This document shows, piece after piece, positions 17,912 to 23,610 of a DNA stretch of 64,000 nt. The stretch is from positions 1 through 64,000 of IMG/VR virus record IMGVR_UViG_3300036820_000009. One strand, 5' to 3'. The notes under the pieces are model-generated. The model did no database searches. It worked only from the letters and a program-made list of their open reading frames with translations, and was not told the origin of the DNA. The DNA is from a virus. Each line of letters opens with the position of its first letter. The stretch's first letter is position 1. The position numbers and the translations under genes are program-made.

Positions 17912-17919
17912 ATTACCGT

Positions 17920-17996
17920 GGCGATCGTGGCGAAGTGGCTAACGCGGCCGACTGTGAATCGGCTATTCGGGAGTTCGATCCTCTCCGATCGCCCCA
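17920..17996 (+). tRNA. tRNA-His(GTG)
   Basis: Loop CTGTGAA, encoded G-1 and C73. Confidence 0.92.
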
Positions 17997-17998
17997 AT

Positions 17999-18074
17999 GC
18001 CCGGCTAGCTCAGCGGTAGAGCAGCGCTTTTGTAAAGCGAAGGTCGCGGGTTCGATTCCTCGCGCTGGGCTCCA
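17999..18074 (+). tRNA. tRNA-Thr(TGT)
   Basis: Loop TTTGTAA. Confidence 0.9.
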
Positions 18075-18084
18075 ATTCGATCGA

Positions 18085-18159
18085 TGCGGCTTACCTCAAT
18101 GGTAGAGGAACCGGCTCTGACCCGGTCTATCGTGGGTTCGATTCCCCGAGCCGCTGCCA
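18085..18159 (+). tRNA. tRNA-Gln(CTG)
   Basis: Loop CTCTGAC, G73. Confidence 0.87.
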
Positions 18160-18166
18160 GTTTCAT

Positions 18167-18244
18167 AGCGGTGTAGCTCAGTCCGGAAGAGCAGCGCGTT
18201 TTGAGCGCGCGGGTCGCAGGTTCAAATCCGTGCCACCGCTGCCA
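18167..18244 (+). tRNA. tRNA-Gln(TTG)
   Basis: Loop TTTTGAG, G73. Confidence 0.85.
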
Positions 18245-18250
18245 ATTCAT

Positions 18251-18325
18251 CGCGCGTTCGACTTCAGGGAGGTCACCGGTCCCTCAAACCGGTCAGGCAG
18301 GGTTCGATTCCCGCACGCGCGGCCA
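18251..18325 (+). tRNA. tRNA-Glu(CTC)
   Basis: Loop CCCTCAA (C33). Confidence 0.85.
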
Positions 18326-18330
18326 ATTTA

Positions 18331-18415
18331 GCGGACATGGCGAAATCGGTAGACGCGATGGACTTAAAATCCGTTGTCGAAAGGCGTGGGAGTTCGATTC
18401 TCCCTGTCCGCACCA
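18331..18415 (+). tRNA. tRNA-Leu(TAA)
   Basis: Loop CTTAAAA, long variable arm. Confidence 0.93.
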
Positions 18416-18419
18416 AATT

Positions 18420-18504
18420 GCGTAGGTGGCGAAACTGGTAGACGCGCACGACTCAGAATCGTGTGGCTTCGGTCATGAGAGTTCGAATCTCTCCCTGCGC
18501 ACCA
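18420..18504 (+). tRNA. tRNA-Leu(CAG)
   Basis: Loop CTCAGAA, long variable arm. Confidence 0.93.
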
Positions 18505-18511
18505 AACCTTT

Positions 18512-18596
18512 GTCCGCGTGGCGAAACTGGTAGACGCACTGGCTTGAGAGGCCAGCGCCGCAAGGCATGGAAGTTCGAGTCTTCTCGCGGACACCA
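18512..18596 (+). tRNA. tRNA-Leu(GAG)
   Basis: Loop TTGAGAG, long variable arm. Confidence 0.93.
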
Positions 18597-18603
18597 ACCT
18601 CTT

Positions 18604-18695
18604 GGGCGGTTGGCAGAGTGGTCGATTGCACCGCGTTGGAAACGCGGCATGCCCGTTCAAGGGTATCGCTCGTTCAAATCGAGCACCGCCCGCCA
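18604..18695 (+). tRNA. tRNA-Ser(GGA)
   Basis: Loop TTGGAAA, long variable arm, G73. Confidence 0.92.
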
Positions 18696-18714
18696 TTTAT
18701 GATATTATTCGAGG

Positions 18715-19245
18715 ATGACGAGCGGGCGAAGAGAGATTCGTCGCTTCATGGGGCAATTGTTTGCCGCGGCGATCTATTACGACGGCATCGGCGAATCGAA
18801 CCGCGCCGAGGATTGCCGCCAGCATGCGCGCACGGTGCTGATCAAATCGTCGGAATATCGCACGCCATGGGGCAGCATGACGCGCGCGGAGCTGCGCACG
18901 CTGCTGTCCGAAGAACAAAATCATCATTGCTGCTACTGCGGTTGCGAAATGACCGAGCCGCCGACCGATACCAGCTTGTCGCGACCGACCGATATCTCGA
19001 TCGAGCACATCATTCCGATATCGCATCAAGGTCCGCACGATTGGGAAAACACGGCCGCCTGTTGCTTCGCCTGCAATAATTCGCGGCCGTCAAATGTGCC
19101 GGCGCTGATCTATTGGGAATACCGATTGGAGATCCAGCGCGTGCGCCGCAAGCGCCGGCTGCGCGCGTCGCGCGCCAAGTATTACGAGCGGCCACGGCCG
19201 CCGCGCGCGACGATCGAGCTCGCCGGCATGCAGTTTCAGTTGTGA
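18715..19245 (+). CDS. HNH endonuclease inside the tRNA array
   Basis: QNHHCCYC..SIEHIIP..WENTAACCFACN. Confidence 0.85.
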   Translation: MTSGRREIRRFMGQLFAAAIYYDGIGESNRAEDCRQHARTVLIKSSEYRTPWGSMTRAELRTLLSEEQNHHCCYCGCEMTEPPTDTSLSRPTDISIEHIIPISHQGPHDWENTAACCFACNNSRPSNVPALIYWEYRLEIQRVRRKRRLRASRAKYYERPRPPRATIELAGMQFQL

Positions 19246-19333
19246 GGATGGGTGGCAGAGTGGACGATTGCGCCGGCCCCGAAAACCGGAGTGCTTCGCG
19301 GCACCGTGGGTTCAAATCCCACCCCATCCGCCA
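19246..19333 (+). tRNA. tRNA-Ser(CGA)
   Basis: Loop CCCGAAA (C33), long variable arm; starts right after the HNH stop. Confidence 0.9.
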
Positions 19334-19337
19334 AATT

Positions 19338-19426
19338 GGGTGCGTGGCAGAGCGGCTTATCGCAGCGGTCCTGAAAACCGCCGTGCCCCAAGGGCATCGG
19401 GAGTTCGAATCTCCCCGCACCCGCCA
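19338..19426 (+). tRNA. tRNA-Ser(TGA)
   Basis: Loop CCTGAAA (C33), long variable arm. Confidence 0.92.
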
Positions 19427-19440
19427 ATTCGAAGAGATAG

Positions 19441-19541
19441 TCAGGCCGGAGATACCGGGCCTGGCGAGGGACAGGAAGGCGGCGACCGGCCGCGCTCTCC
19501 AAAGGCAAATCCGAGAGCCTTCCTGTCCCGGCGCTTTTTTT
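19441..19541 (+). ncRNA. unidentified structured RNA or terminator-like element
   Basis: 13-bp perfect stem 19468-19480 / 19517-19529, upstream hairpin, T7 tract. Confidence 0.45.
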
Positions 19542-19633
19542 GGTGCCGTGGCAGAGTGGTCGATCGCGGTGGTTTGCTAAACCATTGATCGGCGAAATCC
19601 GATCCGGAGGTTCGAATCCTCCCGGCACCGCCA
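19542..19633 (+). tRNA. tRNA-Ser(GCT)
   Basis: Loop TTGCTAA, long variable arm. Confidence 0.92.
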
Positions 19634-19634
19634 A

Positions 19635-19663
19635 TTTGTACATGTTTGTACATGTTTGTACAT
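19635..19663 (+). repeat. tandem TTTGTACATG x3
   Basis: 10-bp unit containing the TGTACA palindrome. Confidence 0.9.
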
Positions 19664-19676
19664 TGAGGGACTTTCC

Positions 19677-19751
19677 GCCCGGTTGGCGCAGTGGTAGCGC
19701 AGCGCCTTGGTAAGGCACAGGTCATCGGTCCGATTCCGATACCGGGCTCCA
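19677..19751 (+). tRNA. tRNA-Thr(GGT)
   Basis: Loop TTGGTAA. Confidence 0.88.
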
Positions 19752-19758
19752 TATTTTT

Positions 19759-19842
19759 GCATCCGTGGGTGAGCGGCAAAACCGGCAGACTGTAAATCTG
19801 TTGCCTATGGCTACGAAGGTTCGAGTCCTTCCGGATGCACCA
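19759..19842 (+). tRNA. tRNA-Tyr(GTA)
   Basis: Loop CTGTAAA, variable arm. Confidence 0.92.
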
Positions 19843-19880
19843 CTCCGCACCATCATGCACGATGACGCATCATCATCCGT

Positions 19881-19955
19881 GTGCTCGTAGCTCAATGGCA
19901 GAGCAATCGCTCGATAAGCGATCGACGTAAGGTTCGATTCCTTCCGGGCATACCA
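19881..19955 (+). tRNA. tRNA-Ile(GAT)
   Basis: Loop TCGATAA (C33). Confidence 0.88.
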
Positions 19956-19962
19956 ATGATGC

Positions 19963-20040
19963 GCGCGCGTAGCTCAGCCAGGCCAGAGCCGCCGGCCCTT
20001 AACCGGTAGGTCGGGGGTTCGAATCCCTCCGCGCGCACCA
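19963..20040 (+). tRNA. tRNA-Lys(CTT)
   Basis: Loop CCCTTAA (C33). Confidence 0.9.
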
Positions 20041-20050
20041 ATTTGTGTTT

Positions 20051-20124
20051 GCTCCCATCTGTCAGCGGTAGGCAACCGGCTTGTCACGCCGGCAACAGCG
20101 GTTCGATTCCGCTTGGGAGCGCCA
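20051..20124 (+). tRNA. tRNA-Asp(GTC)
   Basis: Loop TTGTCAC, G73. Confidence 0.87.
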
Positions 20125-20201
20125 CGGGGTGTAGCTCAGTCTGGCAGAGCGCCTGCTTTGGGAGCAGGATGCCGGGGGTTCAAATCCTCTCGCCCCGACC
20201 A
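20125..20201 (+). tRNA. tRNA-Pro(TGG)
   Basis: C1:G72, loop TTTGGGA. Confidence 0.93.
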
Positions 20202-20204
20202 ATT

Positions 20205-20280
20205 GCCCGCGCAGCACGATCGGACGTGCATCCGAATCCTAGTCGGAAGGCTGCCAGTTCGAGCCTGGCCGTGGGCGCCA
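20205..20280 (+). tRNA. tRNA-Arg(CCT)
   Basis: Loop ATCCTAG (unusual A32). Confidence 0.83.
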
Positions 20281-20310
20281 TATTTTCCGGAATATATGCC
20301 ACAATTTTCC

Positions 20311-20460
20311 GGCATTAGGTAGCAAGCCTAGCGGCGTCTTGCCACGAAAAAGCCGGGGTTCGTGGCCCCGGCCTTTGTGGTAACCCGCAATGCTTGAACC
20401 ACCCTGCGGAGACTCAACGTACGCCTCAAAATAGTGATTATGGGGAAGAGGGTCAAGGCG
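20311..20460 (+). ncRNA. unidentified structured RNA
   Basis: Nested stems GCATT/AATGC, TAGGT/GCCTA, GCGG/CCGC, TTGCCACGAA/TTTGTGGTAA, GCCGGGG/CCCCGGC. Confidence 0.45.
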
Positions 20461-20468
20461 GCAATTTT

Positions 20469-20546
20469 CGGGGTATAGCTCAGCCTGGCAAGAGTGTTCG
20501 CTTCGGAAGCGAGAGATCGCTGGTTCAAATCCAGCTACCCCGACCA
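20469..20546 (+). tRNA. tRNA-Pro(CGG)
   Basis: C1:G72, loop TTCGGAA. Confidence 0.92.
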
Positions 20547-20585
20547 CTATCGCAATTTTGTTATATGATTTGCGTTATATGATTT

Positions 20586-20660
20586 GCTCCGTTAGCTCAG
20601 CGGCAGAGCGCCTGGCCTACACCCAGGATGTCGGCGGTTCAATTCCGTCACGGAGTACCA
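20586..20660 (+). tRNA. tRNA-Val(TAC)
   Basis: Loop CCTACAC (C33). Confidence 0.9.
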
Positions 20661-20662
20661 GC

Positions 20663-21196
20663 ATGTTGCCATCGATCGTGCCGCTCGCGTGTCTCGATGC
20701 CATGAGCGAGCTGGCGGCCGCGGCGCCGGCGGGCTGCTTTGTCGAGATCGGCGTTTACAAAGGCGGCTCGGCGCTGCGGCTCTACGAGATCGCGCTGCGC
20801 CAGGATCGCACGCTGCATCTCTTCGATACGTTCGCCGGCATGCCGATCGCAACATCGGCCGACCGCCATCAAATCGGCGATTTCGGCGACGTCGACCTGG
20901 ACACGATTCGCGCGGCGCTGCCAGCGGCGATTTTTCATGTCGGCGTCTATCCCGCCACGCATCCGCCCGACCTGCGCGATGTCGCGTTCATTCATTGCGA
21001 CTGCGATCAGTATGACAGCTATCAGGCGGTGATCCGCACGATGTACCCGCTGCTGGTGCCGCATGGCGTGCTGCTATTCGATGATTATTTCGATCTGCCG
21101 GGCGCGCGCCGCGCGATCGAGGAACATTTTCCGGCCAGCCGATTGATACCGACCGCCGGCGGCCGCTGCTACGTCAAAATGCCACGTTCTTACTAG
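20663..21196 (+). CDS. TylF/MycF-family sugar O-methyltransferase
   Basis: VEIGVYKGGS, LFDTFAGMP, FIHCDCDQY, LLFDDY. Confidence 0.85.
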   Translation: MLPSIVPLACLDAMSELAAAAPAGCFVEIGVYKGGSALRLYEIALRQDRTLHLFDTFAGMPIATSADRHQIGDFGDVDLDTIRAALPAAIFHVGVYPATHPPDLRDVAFIHCDCDQYDSYQAVIRTMYPLLVPHGVLLFDDYFDLPGARRAIEEHFPASRLIPTAGGRCYVKMPRSY

Positions 21197-21256
21197 CGGC
21201 CAGGTGGCTGGACCTTCACTCCAGAGACAGGGGTTCGAGTCCCCTACGTGGCACCA
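21181..21256 (+). tRNA. tRNA-Glu(TTC)
   Basis: GCCACGT/ACGTGGC acceptor, loop CCTTCAC; overlaps the TylF stop. Confidence 0.82.
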
Positions 21257-21265
21257 GTTTTCCCT

Positions 21266-21342
21266 GCGCCCTTAGCTCAACTGGATAGAGCGCCTGACTA
21301 CGGATCAGGAGGTTAGGGATTCGAGTTCTCTAGGGCGCGCCA
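21266..21342 (+). tRNA. tRNA-Arg(ACG)
   Basis: Loop CTACGGA. Confidence 0.92.
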
Positions 21343-21346
21343 ATTC

Positions 21347-21424
21347 GCTTCCGTAGCTCAGTCGGATTAGAGCAGCGGCCTTCTAAGCCGCGGGTCGCCG
21401 GTTCGATTCCGGCCGGGAGCACCA
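21347..21424 (+). tRNA. tRNA-Arg(TCT)
   Basis: Loop CTTCTAA. Confidence 0.93.
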
Positions 21425-21425
21425 T

Positions 21426-21502
21426 GCATCCGCAGCTCGACTGGACCGAGCGTCCGCCTCCGAAGCGGAAGATTGCGAGTTCGACTCTCGCCGGGTGCGC
21501 CA
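21426..21502 (+). tRNA. tRNA-Arg(CCG)
   Basis: Loop CTCCGAA. Confidence 0.9.
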
Positions 21503-21509
21503 ATTCGTT

Positions 21510-21594
21510 GCGCGGCTGGCGAAACTGGTAGACGCGCCGGTCTCAAAAACCGGTACCGAAAGGCATGCGGGTTCGATTCCCGCGCTGCGCACCA
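21510..21594 (+). tRNA. tRNA-Leu(CAA)
   Basis: Loop CTCAAAA, long variable arm. Confidence 0.93.
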
Positions 21595-21595
21595 A

Positions 21596-21671
21596 GGGTC
21601 CGTAACTCAGTCGGTAGAGTTCCCGGCTTTTAACCGGGATGTCGCGGGTTCGATCCCCGCCGGGCCTACCA
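21596..21671 (+). tRNA. tRNA-Lys(TTT)
   Basis: Loop CTTTTAA. Confidence 0.92.
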
Positions 21672-21675
21672 AATC

Positions 21676-21749
21676 GCCCTTGTAGCTCAGTGGCAGAGCA
21701 GCGTCCTCGTAAGGCGCCGATTTCGGTTCGATTCCGTGCAAGGGCTCCA
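21676..21749 (+). tRNA. tRNA-Thr(CGT)
   Basis: Loop CTCGTAA. Confidence 0.88.
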
Positions 21750-21797
21750 CTTGACTTCGATCGCCGGCTCGCGCATATAGCTCGCCAACAAGCATTT

Positions 21798-21872
21798 GCG
21801 TTGGTAGCTCAGCGGCAGAGCGGTCCACTCTAAAGGGACTGGTCGCAGGTTCGATCCCTGCCCGACGCGCCA
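21798..21872 (+). tRNA. amber suppressor tRNA (CTA)
   Basis: Canonical cloverleaf, stem GTCCA/GGGAC, loop CTCTAAA, short variable loop, G73, CCA. Confidence 0.88.
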
Positions 21873-21887
21873 AATTGAAGGTTCGAC

Positions 21888-22262
21888 ATGCTGTAGATTG
21901 ATTCGACCCTCCGTCTTTACGCTATTCTGCGCGGCGATCTCGACATGCCCGCAGGCAAGGCGGCCAGCCAGGCTGGCCACGCCTTCCTTGGATCCTTCCT
22001 CTCAGCTCCCACCGACGTTTCGCACCGCTATCAGGCCGATGGCGTGGGCACCAAGATCGTGCTCATGGCGCCCGGCGAGCCCGATTTGCGCGCCGCCTAT
22101 GACCAGGCGCGCGAAAGGGGCCTGCCGTGCGTTCTGGTGGCCGACAAAGGGCATGTCATGCCACCGGCGTTCACGGGTGCCCCGATCGTGACGGCCCTCG
22201 GAATCGGGCCCGCGCTGCGGCGCCAGGTGCGCGATATCACCGCGAGGTTTCCCTTGATGTAA
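21888..22262 (+). CDS. pth2: peptidyl-tRNA hydrolase Pth2-like, with in-frame TAG at codon 3
   Basis: RLYAILRGDLDMPAGKAASQAGHA..KIVL..VADKG..TALGIGP; GAAGG-6nt-ATG CTG TAG in frame. Confidence 0.8.
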
Positions 22263-22267
22263 TTCAA

Positions 22268-22348
22268 TCCGGGGTAGCTCAGCGGTCAGAGCGGCTGGCT
22301 TCGCAAGAGGCCGGCAGATCGGAAGTTCGAATCTTCCCCCCGGAGCCA
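22268..22348 (+). ncRNA. tRNA-like RNA without an anticodon loop
   Basis: Normal acceptor (TCCGGGG/CCCCGGA-GCCA), D and T arms; anticodon arm is a 9-bp stem with a GCAA tetraloop. Confidence 0.8.
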
Positions 22349-22369
22349 TCGAATGCAGAGGAAGGATCC

Positions 22370-22975
22370 ATGTCCAGCGTGCTCACCAAGGAACGAAGGC
22401 CGACGCGGACCCTCGTACTCAATGCCGACTACCTGCCGCTCTCGACCTGGCCGCCCTCGCTGATTTCCTGCGAGAACGCGGTGCATGCGCTGTACCGCGA
22501 CCGCGTCACGGTGGTCGATACCTGGCCGGGCTACTTCATGCGGTCGCCCTCGGTATCGATCCCGGTGCCGCGGATCGTGGCGCTGCGCCATTACGCGCCG
22601 GTCGCCGGCGAACCGAAATTCTGCCGGCGATCGGTCTATCTGCGCGATCGCTACCGCTGTCAGTATTGCGGCGCGCCATTCCCGACCGAAGAGCTGACGC
22701 TCGATCATGTGATCCCGCGCGCCAATGGCGGCAAAACGGTGTGGGAGAACATCCTGGCGTGCTGCGTCGGCTGCAATTCCAAGAAGGGCCACAAGCCGGC
22801 TAATTTCAGCGGCCGGCGCGGCGTGGTCGGCGCCGATGGCAGCATGCGGCCGCTGAAACAGCCACGACGGCCGACGCGCGCCGAGCTGCTGCGCGCGGGA
22901 CTTGAATTATTGCCCGCTGACATCAAGAATGATTTTGGCGATTGGCTCTATTGGGACGCTGAATTGCAGCCTTGA
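22370..22975 (+). CDS. HNH endonuclease (McrA-like, LVLNAxY type)
   Basis: TLVLNADYLPL..RDRYRCQYCG..LTLDHVIPRANGG..WENILACCVGCNSKKG. Confidence 0.9.
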   Translation: MSSVLTKERRPTRTLVLNADYLPLSTWPPSLISCENAVHALYRDRVTVVDTWPGYFMRSPSVSIPVPRIVALRHYAPVAGEPKFCRRSVYLRDRYRCQYCGAPFPTEELTLDHVIPRANGGKTVWENILACCVGCNSKKGHKPANFSGRRGVVGADGSMRPLKQPRRPTRAELLRAGLELLPADIKNDFGDWLYWDAELQP

Positions 22976-23610
22976 TGTCGATTCGCGAGCATTTCACCCT
23001 CAGCGGCGCCGCGATCGCCGCGGCGCTGCTCGACGAAGAGCTGGAAGCGGCCGCCGCGCATGCCGCCGACACGATGGCGCAATGCCTGATCGCCGACGGC
23101 AAGATCCTGCTCGCGGGCAATGGCGGCAGCGCCGCCGGCGCGCAGCACATCGCCGGCGAGCTCATGGGCAATCTCAATTTTCCGCGGCCGGCGCTGCCGG
23201 CGATCGCGCTGACGGCCGACAGCGCGGTGCTGACCGCGCTGGCCAATGATTTCGGCTACGATTGGGCGATCGCGCGGCAGATCGAGGCACTCGGCATGAT
23301 CGGCGACATTTTCATCGGGCTATCGACATCGGGCAATTCGTCCAACATCATCCAGGGGCTCAAGCGCGCGCGGCAGCTTGGCTTGACCACCATCGGCATG
23401 ACCGGCCGCAGCGGCGGCGCGATGCTGCCTCTCTGCGATATCTGCCTGCGCGTGCCATCGCACCGCACTTCGCTGATCCAGGAAGTTCATCTTGTCGTCG
23501 CGCATGCCATCTGCGCGCAGGTCGAGGCCGCGCTTTTTAGCCCGGTCGAGAATATAGCCAGCCCTCCGCATGGTGCGGATCCGGCTCGCGGGTCCAGCCC
23601 AGCCGCGTAA
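22972..23610 (+). CDS. gmhA: phosphoheptose isomerase (SIS domain)
   Basis: GNGGSAA.AQHIA.EL, LTALANDFGY, STSGNSSN, IQEVH. Confidence 0.92.
   Translation: MMSIREHFTLSGAAIAAALLDEELEAAAAHAADTMAQCLIADGKILLAGNGGSAAGAQHIAGELMGNLNFPRPALPAIALTADSAVLTALANDFGYDWAIARQIEALGMIGDIFIGLSTSGNSSNIIQGLKRARQLGLTTIGMTGRSGGAMLPLCDICLRVPSHRTSLIQEVHLVVAHAICAQVEAALFSPVENIASPPHGADPARGSSPAA

Noticed and set aside
21798-21872. tRNA-Pyl
   Set aside because: Canonical D and T loops and normal arm spacing; no pyl genes in the window
21945-22262. Pth2 starting at Met 21945 as in the ORF track
   Set aside because: It would drop the conserved first strand (LYAILRGDL) and has no SD
17031-22348. The many short ORFs listed across the tRNA array
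   Set aside because: They are shadow translations of tRNA genes
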